A DNA stretch of 64,000 nt from positions 12,730-76,729 of the forward strand of contig JAWXCK010000253.1 in NCBI GenBank assembly GCA_034408855.1. The letters are read 5' to 3'. Positions 1 through 8,585 of this stretch are shown in pieces. The number at the start of each line of letters is the position of its first letter. Position 1 is the first letter of the stretch. Below the pieces are notes generated by a model, which worked only from the letters and a program-made list of their open reading frames with translations, searched no databases and was not told the origin of the DNA. The position numbers and the translations under genes are program-made. The stretch is from Pirellulaceae bacterium (lineage in GTDB: Bacteria; Planctomycetota; Planctomycetia; Pirellulales; Pirellulaceae).

Positions 1-563
1 ATCGCTATCAACGATCGGTGTTCAGCGCGGCATCCAATCCTTCCGCAATGTCAACTCCTACCGCGCCCTCGACTCCATCCGACAATGGCAGGTCCGTTCT
101 GGCTGATCCAAGCAGTGCGAACGCATCGGAGTCGATGGCTTCGGTTTCTATGGGCGGTGTTTTTTCCGAAGACAACACGCCAGGACTGGACGGCTTCTGC
201 CCAGTTGCTTTGGTCGAGAAAAAATCTTGGGTGCAAGGCAAAGGATCGTTCTCAGTTAGGCATCGCGGTCGTGTTTATCAATGCGAAAGCGAAGAAGCTC
301 GCGATCGCTTTTTACTAGCGCCCGACCGCTACAGTCCGGTCTTGAGCGGGTACGACATTGTTCACTTTCTCGAAACCAATCAATTGGTACCGGGCAAACG
401 TGAATTTGGTTGCGAGTTTCAGGGCCGCGTCTTTGTCTTTATGAACGCAACGAATAAAGCCCACTTTGACGTGCACGCAATTCAGTACGCCCAAAGCTTA
501 GGAGCAACCCACGACGCCGAGCGCGTAGCGAACGGGACTAGCGGTTCTGCAATTCAACGCTAG
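1..563 (+). CDS. hypothetical protein, 5' end probably outside window
   Basis: The frame is open from the window edge to the stop at 561-563. It has two related segments (GFCPVALVEKKSW..GRVYQCESEEARDRF and SGYDIVHF..GRVFVFMNATNKAHF). No family recognised with certainty. Confidence 0.45.
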   Translation, partial: RYQRSVFSAASNPSAMSTPTAPSTPSDNGRSVLADPSSANASESMASVSMGGVFSEDNTPGLDGFCPVALVEKKSWVQGKGSFSVRHRGRVYQCESEEARDRFLLAPDRYSPVLSGYDIVHFLETNQLVPGKREFGCEFQGRVFVFMNATNKAHFDVHAIQYAQSLGATHDAERVANGTSGSAIQR

Positions 564-574
564 TCTTTAGCAGC

Positions 575-1399
575 ATGCCAGAATCCTTGGACGACTATCT
601 AAACGCCGCCGAAACGGCTGCACGCCGCGCCGGTAAAATCCTTGTCGATATGCTTCAAACAGCTATCGTCAAGGAAAAATCACGCAAAGATCTGGTGACC
701 GATGCGGACGTAGCCGCTCAGCACATTATTCATGAAAGCTTGATCGGCCGATTTCCGAGCCACCGATTTGTCGGCGAAGAGGGAACGCCAGGTAGCGATG
801 GTACCGTTTCCGATCTTATTCCAGACGGCGAATGGTGCTGGGTGGTCGATCCGATCGACGGGACTGCCAACTATGTTCATCGCTTACCGAATTTCGCCGT
901 TTCGATCGCGCTGGTTCGCGACGGTCAAACGCATGTCGGAGTCGTCTATGACCCGATGTCGGACGAAATGTTCTCGGCGATCCTGAATCGAGGTGCGACG
1001 CTTAATGGAGAAGCTATTTCTGCCAGCGGTTGCCGCGATATCGAGCAGGCGTTGATCGCAGCCAGCTTCCCGCCCAATGTTCAACGAACGTCGATCGAGG
1101 TCCAGCAGTTTATCGAAGTGTTGGTTCAAGCACAAAGTATTCGCCGCCTTGGATCGGCCGCCTTGAATCTCTGCTTCGTCGGCTGCGGTCGATTGGACGG
1201 TTACTGGGCTGGTAAAGTCCGCTCATGGGATATCGCCGCCGGTGCATTGATCGCGACCGAAGCCGGGGCGTGCTTAACTTCTCGAGATGGCACTCCATTT
1301 TCGCTCAGTCGAGGTGATCTGACCGTTGCAGCTTCCGATTCGCTCCATCGTCAGTTGCTCGCTTGCTTGAATGTGCACGTGCAATCAGCCGAAGGCTGA
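575..1399 (+). CDS. inositol monophosphatase family protein (SuhB-like)
   Basis: 274 aa with the IMPase signature WVVDPIDGTANYVHRLPNFAVSIAL and a C-terminal SWDIAAG motif. Confidence 0.85.
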   Translation: MPESLDDYLNAAETAARRAGKILVDMLQTAIVKEKSRKDLVTDADVAAQHIIHESLIGRFPSHRFVGEEGTPGSDGTVSDLIPDGEWCWVVDPIDGTANYVHRLPNFAVSIALVRDGQTHVGVVYDPMSDEMFSAILNRGATLNGEAISASGCRDIEQALIAASFPPNVQRTSIEVQQFIEVLVQAQSIRRLGSAALNLCFVGCGRLDGYWAGKVRSWDIAAGALIATEAGACLTSRDGTPFSLSRGDLTVAASDSLHRQLLACLNVHVQSAEG

Positions 1400-1490
1400 T
1401 CAGGGATTTGCTCAAAAACAACTTCCGAATATTTCCACAATCGATGGCGAACGTAACCGTAAAGCGCTCGTGACTAGTCTGGATTGTTCA

Positions 1491-1547
1491 TAACCCGACG
1501 CGTAAGCGAGAGAGCTGAGTAAAATCCCTCGCTAATGCGTCGGGTTA
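1491..1547. repeat. 20-nt-arm inverted repeat between convergent genes (hairpin, terminator-like)
   Basis: Arms taacccgacgcgtaagcgag / ctcgctaatgcgtcgggtta match at 18 of 20 positions by hand. It lies between the 3' ends of 575-1399(+) and 1570-2727(-). Confidence 0.6.
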
Positions 1548-1569
1548 CGAAAACGAAGCGACATTCGCA

Positions 1570-2727
1570 TTACGACTGCCGATAGGCTTCACCCAGAAGC
1601 TGTGCCGCCGTTTCAATCTCTTGATCGGTCGTATTCCAACCGACACTCACTCGGACGGTCGCTGACGCAACTTCTATCGAAACACCGATCGCATGATACG
1701 GAGTCGCTTGATAGCTTCGCTCTGACGGAATGACGTGCGGGATAGCAAGTCCAAGATACAATTCCGGGACGCGGCGAAGCAATGCCAGGGCGGATCGATC
1801 CTTCATAACGATACTGACGGTATTAGGTAATCGATTCCTTGGATGACCATGAACGGCAAATGTCTCTTCAGCGACTTGTTCGAGTTGCGATACGAAACTA
1901 TTCGAAAGCATCGACAATCGCTCCGCCGAATCATCGCCAGCCGATTTGACTAACTGCGCTGCAACACCAAGTCCAACAATCGCTGGGATGTTTTCCGTAC
2001 CAGGACGAATCCCACCTTCTTGCCATTCTCCGTGCAAAATACTTTCGATAGACGTTCCATTTTTCACGAACAATGCGCCGCCCCCTTTGGGAGCATACAT
2101 CTTGTGTCCTGATAGCGACAGCAAATCGACGCCTAGCGATTCAACATCGACGGGAATTTTTCCCATTGCTTGAGTCGCATCGGTGTGAAATGCCGCTTGC
2201 TTGGGTCGTGCAAGGCGAGTCATGCTGGCGATATCTTGGATCGTCCCGATATGCTCGTTGGCCAATTGGATACTAATCAGACGTGTCCGTTTTCCGATCG
2301 CTAATTTCAATTCGTCGAGGTCGATCGAGCCGTCGGAGCGGCAAGCCAGCCTTGTGATTTCCCACCCCTGCGTCTCGAGATATTCGGCAGTACGAGCTAC
2401 AGCCGCGTGCTCGATGTTGGAAATAATCATCTGCGGCTTCGATCGACTATTCGGTTTCTTAACTACCGCTCGCGCATAGCCGAGCAATCCAAGATTGATG
2501 CTTTCTGTTCCCCCCGAAGTAAAGACAATTTCCGAGGGCATGCAGTCGAGCATGATCGAAACATTGTTTCGGGCGTCTTCGATCGCTTCTTCGCTGGCAC
2601 GACTCAACCAGTGCGGGTTTCCAGGGACCGCAAACATTTCACTCAGGAACGGCGTGATCGCTTGCCGAACGGCGCCAGCCGGCGGCGTGGAAGCATTGTA
2701 ATCGAGATAGATGGAACGCTTGGTCAA
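1570..2727 (-). CDS. cysteine desulfurase (class V aminotransferase, NifS/IscS-like)
   Basis: 385 aa with N-terminal IYLDYNASTP and the PLP-lysine motif SGHKMYAPKGGGALFV. Confidence 0.85.
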   Translation of the reverse strand: MTKRSIYLDYNASTPPAGAVRQAITPFLSEMFAVPGNPHWLSRASEEAIEDARNNVSIMLDCMPSEIVFTSGGTESINLGLLGYARAVVKKPNSRSKPQMIISNIEHAAVARTAEYLETQGWEITRLACRSDGSIDLDELKLAIGKRTRLISIQLANEHIGTIQDIASMTRLARPKQAAFHTDATQAMGKIPVDVESLGVDLLSLSGHKMYAPKGGGALFVKNGTSIESILHGEWQEGGIRPGTENIPAIVGLGVAAQLVKSAGDDSAERLSMLSNSFVSQLEQVAEETFAVHGHPRNRLPNTVSIVMKDRSALALLRRVPELYLGLAIPHVIPSERSYQATPYHAIGVSIEVASATVRVSVGWNTTDQEIETAAQLLGEAYRQS

Positions 2728-2731
2728 GGCA

Positions 2732-3529
2732 TTACGCTTTATTGCGAAGTGTGAGCGGCCAACATGCCATTTCCTGGAGCATGGCGGACTTCGTTAAGTC
2801 AAACTGGAGTGGCGTGATCGTAACGTGCCCCAATGCTAACGTACTGATATCGGTAGCATGCTCGGTGACTTTCGGAGCGACATCGTTGGCCGACCAATAA
2901 TAGTCGCGTCCCTTTGGATCCTGACGCTTGATATAGTTTTGACCGTAACGCCAAAATCCAAGCGGAACAAGATGGACTTCGGGTGCCGCTCCCGATCGAT
3001 GCTTTTCCGTCGCCGCCGTCGGGATGTTTATGTTGAATAGCCCGGAACGATCACTGGCGTTCTGTAAAATTTGCTCGATGAGCTTCGTTGCGATATCTGC
3101 TGCGGCATCAAAATGATTGTGCGGGTCGTATTCCAAGGATACCGCAATACTTGGAATACCAAAGAAGGCACCTTCAATGGCAGCCGCAACGGTTCCTGAA
3201 TAAAGGACGTTGATGCCTGCATTGAGCCCGTTGTTGATTCCGCTAACAACCAAATCGACCTTTCCACCGGCCAGCTCGCATACGCCAAGCTTGACACTAT
3301 CCGCAGGCGAACCGTCGACTGCCCAGCCACGCAGCTCGTCGTTGTCGTCGAAGATTTTTTTGCAAGTCAGCGGCGTCAAATAAGTAATCGAATGTCCAAC
3401 GCCGCTCTGCTCGGTCGCTGGTGCTACCACAATGACTTCGCCAAGTCGTCTTAGGGCCTTGGCCATCGCCGTCAGTCCGGGCGCATAGATACCGTCGTCG
3501 TTCGCTAAAAGAATTCGCATAACATTCAT
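2732..3529 (-). CDS. surE: 5'/3'-nucleotidase SurE
   Basis: MRILLANDDGIYAPGL N-terminus and GINNGLNAG motif. The ORF is open up to 3577, but homology starts at MNVMRIL (ATG at 3529). Confidence 0.85.
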   Translation of the reverse strand: MNVMRILLANDDGIYAPGLTAMAKALRRLGEVIVVAPATEQSGVGHSITYLTPLTCKKIFDDNDELRGWAVDGSPADSVKLGVCELAGGKVDLVVSGINNGLNAGINVLYSGTVAAAIEGAFFGIPSIAVSLEYDPHNHFDAAADIATKLIEQILQNASDRSGLFNINIPTAATEKHRSGAAPEVHLVPLGFWRYGQNYIKRQDPKGRDYYWSANDVAPKVTEHATDISTLALGHVTITPLQFDLTKSAMLQEMACWPLTLRNKA

Positions 3530-3624
3530 CGAAAGGGAAAATCGATCGGAACCAGTAGGAGAACTGGGTATTACCAATCGATGAATGTACTCGATTGTGC
3601 TATTTTCAAATAGTCGGCGTTTCG

Positions 3625-3650
3625 CCCGCCCGCTAGCGCCGTCGGCTCAC
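3625..3650 (-). repeat. copy of ~25-nt intergenic motif GTGAGCCGNCGGCGCTAGC(C/G)GCGGG
   Basis: The reverse complement reads gtgagccgacggcgctagcgggcggg. Located in an intergenic region. Confidence 0.6.
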
Positions 3651-3685
3651 TTTTGTGGAAAATAACGTAACTTGAGACAGTCGAA

Positions 3686-4711
3686 CTAGGCGGCGACCGA
3701 TTTCGAAGCGACATCCAGACATCGCTCGATGACGTCCGAAACTTGTATTTCTTGCATCGCGTCATTGGTCGTGTGGCGTCGATACTTGCTGTCGCCAGCA
3801 TCATAGCGGCACTGCAGCGGTCGGTGCATCGAACCGTACGGCCCGCAATATTCTGCTCGCGTCGTACCAAACATCGCAACGCATGGTGTTCCGACGGCGA
3901 CTGCCATATGCATTGGACCCGTATCCGAGCCGATGTACATTCGGCTGCGTTTGAGAAGTCCCGATAGCGTCATCAGCGACGTATCCGGCGCTAAGCACGT
4001 TGCCCGTGGCGTCGCAGAAACGATCGTCTCGGCCAGCATCCGTTCGTCCTGATTGCCCCAAACCACAAGCGAACGAAGTCCGGTTGTTTCGTAGAGTTTC
4101 TTGGCAAGCGTACTGTAGCGATCAACCGGCCAGCGCTTGCTCGCCCAACTCGCACCGGGGTTAATGATTGCAAAGCCTTGCACAAAGAGATTGAGTTCGC
4201 AAAGTATTTTTTCAACTTCTAAGCCGATCGACCGAGGCTCGTTCCACCCGAAGCGAACGTGCGGCGAAAAGATGCCTAGCGGTTGAAGCAATTCAAGTTG
4301 ACGGTCGACAAGATGGGTCGACGATGGCGAAACCGCTTCGTGATAGAGTCGCCACGCTTGTTCGCGAGCCTGCCCTTTTGCAAAGCCAATGCGATGTTTG
4401 GCACCGGAAAGCCAACCGATGACTCCGCTTTTGAACAGTCCCTGTGGATCGATACTGATATCGATTTTAAGAGATCTCAACTGTTGTCGCAGCCCGATGA
4501 TTTCGCGAGGTCGCGAAAGAAATCCTTTGCGAATTCGAATCACTTGGTCAATCGCAGGATGGTGTTTTAAAAGCGAATCGACGCCGCAGTCGACGATCCA
4601 CGTAAGTTTCGATTGTGGCCAATGTTCTTTGAGTGCTACCGCTAACGGCAACGTCTCCATGCAATCGCCAATGGCACTTAGTCTTGTAATCAATAGATTG
4701 GGTTTCATCAT
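3686..4711 (-). CDS. glycosyltransferase family 9 (ADP-heptose:LPS heptosyltransferase-like)
   Basis: 341 aa. N-terminal LLITRLSAIGDCMETLPLAVALKEHWP and C-terminal YIGSDTGPMHMAVAVGTP are typical of the GT9 RfaF/WaaC family. Confidence 0.8.
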   Translation of the reverse strand: MMKPNLLITRLSAIGDCMETLPLAVALKEHWPQSKLTWIVDCGVDSLLKHHPAIDQVIRIRKGFLSRPREIIGLRQQLRSLKIDISIDPQGLFKSGVIGWLSGAKHRIGFAKGQAREQAWRLYHEAVSPSSTHLVDRQLELLQPLGIFSPHVRFGWNEPRSIGLEVEKILCELNLFVQGFAIINPGASWASKRWPVDRYSTLAKKLYETTGLRSLVVWGNQDERMLAETIVSATPRATCLAPDTSLMTLSGLLKRSRMYIGSDTGPMHMAVAVGTPCVAMFGTTRAEYCGPYGSMHRPLQCRYDAGDSKYRRHTTNDAMQEIQVSDVIERCLDVASKSVAA

Positions 4712-4721
4712 CGGAGTCTAG

Positions 4722-5258
4722 CTACCAACGCGCTTCCATTTGATCCACGATATGACTTGCCATTCGTTGAATGGCCCGTTGTTGCGATGTAGTGATCGAT
4801 TGGCCGCCTTCAGGCACCAATTCAGAACGTTCGGAAAAATAGAACGCGGTTTCACCCGGTGGCAGGAATCGATTTTCCATCAAAACATTTCCTATCCGGT
4901 CCGTCCAATTGACTTCGGCGGCGAGCGTATTTCGCAATGCTCGAGGCTCGTCGGTTGTCGTCTCGGTAATCACGCGTTTGGTATCAAAATTGATTCGGCA
5001 GACGAGTGTCGAATCGGCAATCGACGCATCGGCAATCTTGTATGGGGTTCGATCCTCGATCTCTTTCTGAACGGCTTCTGTTAGCCGCACACCCAATTCC
5101 GGACGGAACGATTCGGACCGAATAATCGGAACGTGAATGGTTCGAATATCTTGTCGAAAAAGTGTTCGCGATCCAAACCGATAACCTGCGCACCCTGGAA
5201 CGCAAACGATCAATAGCAAAACGGTCATGCATAGATTTGTGAGTGACCTACAAATCAT
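4722..5258 (-). CDS. LptE-like LPS-assembly lipoprotein
   Basis: Signal peptide plus lipobox (LLLIVCVPGC) followed by AGYRFGSRTLF..IRTIHVP..SFRPELG, resembling LptE. The ORF is open to 5393, but the upstream part overlaps the neighbouring gene. Start at ATG 5258 or 5228. Confidence 0.5.
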   Translation of the reverse strand: MICRSLTNLCMTVLLLIVCVPGCAGYRFGSRTLFRQDIRTIHVPIIRSESFRPELGVRLTEAVQKEIEDRTPYKIADASIADSTLVCRINFDTKRVITETTTDEPRALRNTLAAEVNWTDRIGNVLMENRFLPPGETAFYFSERSELVPEGGQSITTSQQRAIQRMASHIVDQMEARW

Positions 5259-6471
5259 TTTCTGCTTTGCTTTCAAGAAGCGGTTTGGTTTTACTGTTCT
5301 CGGGGAATTGGTCGGCGAGCCACTTGAAATATGGCTTGGGTTCGCCAGGAAGCGGTTCGATGGTCGCTTGAGCATCGCGAGCTTTGTCGGCAAAGGGCGT
5401 GTCGCTAAACTCGACGAGAATCTGATCTAAGTAATGCTTCGCAGCGTTGTTCTCACCGCGGTTCATGCGAAAGCGAGCTTGGTCATAAAGTCGCTCGGAT
5501 TTCATGTATCGAACTTCCGCATAGGCACGATTCAAATACTCTCGCTGATCTGCTGCTTCATCCGGAAATTGCTTGAGGATTCGCTTGATAAGTTTTTCAG
5601 CTTCGTCCAATGGCTCGACGCCATATTGGGGCCCTTGGTAGGTTTCCAAGGAAGCTTTAAGTCCCAAGAAATGAGCTTGAAATTGATGCGGGCTGTCGGG
5701 ATAGGTAATCCGAAGATCTTCGAAGGTATCGCGAGCTTCTGGAAACTTCGCTTTGCGGAACGCTTCGGTCGCCAGCTCCATCGTCGCATCATCGGCGAGC
5801 CGACCGGTTGGGTTGTCCAGACGCATTTTCTCTAAGACGTTGACGCCCCGTCGCCCGGTATCATTCCAAGGCCGACGACGATCCGTGAGGTTCAGTTCAT
5901 AAAAGGCATGAGGATCTGCGGCGTCATATTGGAGCCAGTAGAGCGCGATCTCCATCCGACGTTGATCGGCTTTATCGAGCAGCGGCGTCCGCGGGTATTC
6001 CTTGACCAAACGCACGTAGAATTGTTCGGCGTCCGGATAGGCTTCGGCGAAGAAGTAGCTTTCTCCGGCCATGAACAGCGAATCTTGCTCGAGGGCGCTG
6101 CTTTGCCAATTCTTGGCCGCTTCTTTATAATTTTTTCCAGCCGCTTTGAAAAGCTTGACGCGCTCGTCGCCCTCGGCGTTTTTGGCTTGTTCGAACAGCG
6201 CGTCGCCTTCCGAAAATGCTTGACGCGCGGCAACTTTATCGACCGCCTGTCCTCCTAATCCTGGAATCCAGCTTAGCGACGAAGCCAGCTCGGTATTCTT
6301 CTTTTTCTCGGCTCGAACACCTTCTGGACGAACCCAATTTCCCTCGGCATCTTGGTAGCTCTCGACCGATCGTTTGGCTGCATCGTATTCAGGCAATGCG
6401 TTGGAGGACGGTCGAAAGATACTGCAACCTGGTGCCACTACCGACATCATCGCAAGAAACCAAGGCAGCAC
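5248..6471 (-). CDS. TPR-repeat lipoprotein (BamD/YfiO-like)
   Basis: Lipobox VVAPGCS, then long helical repeat regions (SYFFAEAYPDAEQFYVRLVKEYPRTP..). The ORF is open to 6687 but would then overlap recO by 136 nt. Start is uncertain: GTG at 6471 or ATG at 6450. Confidence 0.45.
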   Translation of the reverse strand: MLPWFLAMMSVVAPGCSIFRPSSNALPEYDAAKRSVESYQDAEGNWVRPEGVRAEKKKNTELASSLSWIPGLGGQAVDKVAARQAFSEGDALFEQAKNAEGDERVKLFKAAGKNYKEAAKNWQSSALEQDSLFMAGESYFFAEAYPDAEQFYVRLVKEYPRTPLLDKADQRRMEIALYWLQYDAADPHAFYELNLTDRRRPWNDTGRRGVNVLEKMRLDNPTGRLADDATMELATEAFRKAKFPEARDTFEDLRITYPDSPHQFQAHFLGLKASLETYQGPQYGVEPLDEAEKLIKRILKQFPDEAADQREYLNRAYAEVRYMKSERLYDQARFRMNRGENNAAKHYLDQILVEFSDTPFADKARDAQATIEPLPGEPKPYFKWLADQFPENSKTKPLLESKAENDL

Positions 6472-6551
6472 AGCAACGAGAGGTCTGCGAAGGGTCCTTT
6501 CGACGCTCGATTTTCGATGCTCACTATGTCCGATCGACGAGCAAAACTTTG

Positions 6552-7307
6552 TCAGTGTGCCAGTCCGTCGAGAAACGGCTGCATATCGAACTTGCGGTGC
6601 TGGAGGGCAACAAAAGTACGATTCATCAAATTGCGAATTTCGGCGCGCAATGGACGGGCAATTCTTGTCAAGGGGATCGTGTCCCATGGATTATTCAACA
6701 TCCCTGTCAAGTGTTCTATCGTTGGCTTTTTGAGGCGAATAATACTTCGCTGTCCAGGTATGCATGCTTGGCATAGCACGCCACCCGACTCGATTCCAAA
6801 AGCAACGCTTTCTAAAACCTGTACGCTCTCTCCGCATCCTACACATCCATCCAAACTCGGCATGTGCCCCAATAATCTCAATAAGTTCAACTCGAAACGC
6901 AATAAAACTTCGGCTGGTAGTTCGACAACATCCAAATCTTCGAGTGTCCGTTGGGTTAACGCAAAAAGCTCCGCTATCGGTGAACCGTCCTCGGTCGTCG
7001 CAAGCAATAGTTCAGCGACATAGTAGCCGCAATACAGGTTAAGTAAGTTACGTTGGCCAGATCTAAACCGACGCATTAATTTGGCTTCGGTTAACAGATC
7101 CAGCACATCTCCTGGCTTCGCTAGGAACACTACTGAAGAATGGGCTAGCAGATCAAGAGCAGACTCGAAGGGACTTCGAAGCCGTCGAGCTCCTTTAGCG
7201 ATCGCCGATAGCTTGCCAAAATCGCGAGTCCACAGCGTCACCACCAAAGAGGTCTCGCTCCAAGGAATTGCTCGCAAAACAATCGCTTCGGTTTTTTCGC
7301 TCGACAA
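6552..7307 (-). CDS. recO: DNA repair protein RecO
   Basis: 251 aa. N-terminal OB-fold signature TEAIVLRAIPWSETSLVVTLWTRDFGKLSAIAKGARR and a Cys cluster CVGCG..CQAC. Confidence 0.8.
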   Translation of the reverse strand: MSSEKTEAIVLRAIPWSETSLVVTLWTRDFGKLSAIAKGARRLRSPFESALDLLAHSSVVFLAKPGDVLDLLTEAKLMRRFRSGQRNLLNLYCGYYVAELLLATTEDGSPIAELFALTQRTLEDLDVVELPAEVLLRFELNLLRLLGHMPSLDGCVGCGESVQVLESVAFGIESGGVLCQACIPGQRSIIRLKKPTIEHLTGMLNNPWDTIPLTRIARPLRAEIRNLMNRTFVALQHRKFDMQPFLDGLAH

Positions 7308-7363
7308 AGTCTTTTAAGGTCCTCTCCGGAAAAAATGCCGCACCAAGTGTAATCGGAACCCAT

Positions 7364-7383
7364 GGCTAGCGCCATCGGCTCAC
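7364..7383 (-). repeat. copy of ~25-nt intergenic motif
   Basis: The reverse complement reads gtgagccgatggcgctagcc. Located in an intergenic region. Confidence 0.5.
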
Positions 7384-7416
7384 ATTCGGACATTTCCATC
7401 AGTCTAAGCACGGTAT

Positions 7417-8295
7417 TTAAGATGATTTTGGAAGTGCCGGAGTAGCGCCAGGTTGCGTGCAAACGTAGGCGGCTATTTCGGTTGCAAATCGATGGACCGA
7501 CGCGATCGGTTCCCGATTTAACAATCCAACCACCAACGCAGCCGTAAACGCATCGCCCGCGCCGACCGTATCGATCACTTTCACTTCCGGTGACCGCTGT
7601 TCATCCATGACGTCAATCGAATAAAGCACCGATCCGTTGGCTCCGCGCGTCAAGGCGATCCAATCAAACTCAAATTGCTTGCATAGGGAGTTCAATATAT
7701 CCACATCGGAGGCATTCGGTATCTCTAATAACCGAGCGACAACTGGAAGCTCGTCTTCGTTGAGCTTCAAGACAGACGCCAATTGCATGGAAGCTACGAT
7801 GGTTTCGCGACTGTAGAATTCTTGCCTTAGATTGACGTCGAAGATCCGAAGGCAATCCGGGCGGGTCGAGCCGACAAATCGGAGGACTGTTTGGCAACTC
7901 TGTGGACTACGCTGTGCCAATGTTCCAAAGCATACCGCATCGCACTGTGCGGCCATTTCTGTATAGGCTTCATCCCACCGCAAATGGTCCCAAGCAGTAT
8001 TCGAGGCAAAATGATAGCTGGCTTTACCGAGCTCATCGAGCAGTACATTGACGGTACCTGTAGCTCGGTGACGATCGATGGACAAAAATTCAGTGTGAAC
8101 ATTTCGAGCAACCAACTCTTGGGCGGCTCGCTTTCCTAATTCGTCATCTCCAACAGCACTTACCATGTAAGAATTAGCACCTAGTGCTGACGCATGGCAA
8201 GCAAAGTTAGCGGGAGCACCGCCAAAATGCGACGCGTCGGGATAAACATCCCAAAGGACTTCACCGAGCCCGAGGATGATTGGTATTTTGTTCAT
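7417..8295 (-). CDS. PfkB-family carbohydrate kinase (fructokinase-like)
   Basis: 292 aa with N-terminal GEVLWD and the C-terminal ATP-site motif DTVGAGDAFTAALVVG. Confidence 0.8.
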   Translation of the reverse strand: MNKIPIILGLGEVLWDVYPDASHFGGAPANFACHASALGANSYMVSAVGDDELGKRAAQELVARNVHTEFLSIDRHRATGTVNVLLDELGKASYHFASNTAWDHLRWDEAYTEMAAQCDAVCFGTLAQRSPQSCQTVLRFVGSTRPDCLRIFDVNLRQEFYSRETIVASMQLASVLKLNEDELPVVARLLEIPNASDVDILNSLCKQFEFDWIALTRGANGSVLYSIDVMDEQRSPEVKVIDTVGAGDAFTAALVVGLLNREPIASVHRFATEIAAYVCTQPGATPALPKSS

Positions 8296-8585
8296 GCCGT
8301 GATATGCGGATTTGCTGGATTGCAGTAGGTGCAGATGGGAACGGAAGTACTTTAGACCGCCTTGACGGTATGGAAAAGGTCATTGGTCCAGAACTTGTAA
8401 TCCAAGCTTGGCCCGACACGAACAAGTAAAACAATCGAATTTTTTTGATTTTATTGCACGGTTAGGCGTCCTGAGATGCACTAATCCTATGGCCGCCTTG
8501 CCGATTTTTAGGTTTAGCTTGGTCAAACCTTAGGCGGTTCACATTTTTAGAGCTCCTCGACAATCTCTGAGAGGACTCAGGTTTT

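Noticed and set aside
5259-6687. N-terminal extensions of the LptE-like (to 5393) and TPR lipoprotein (to 6687) ORFs
   Set aside because: The extensions overlap neighbouring genes by more than 100 nt and precede obvious signal peptide and lipobox sequences, so internal starts are more plausible.
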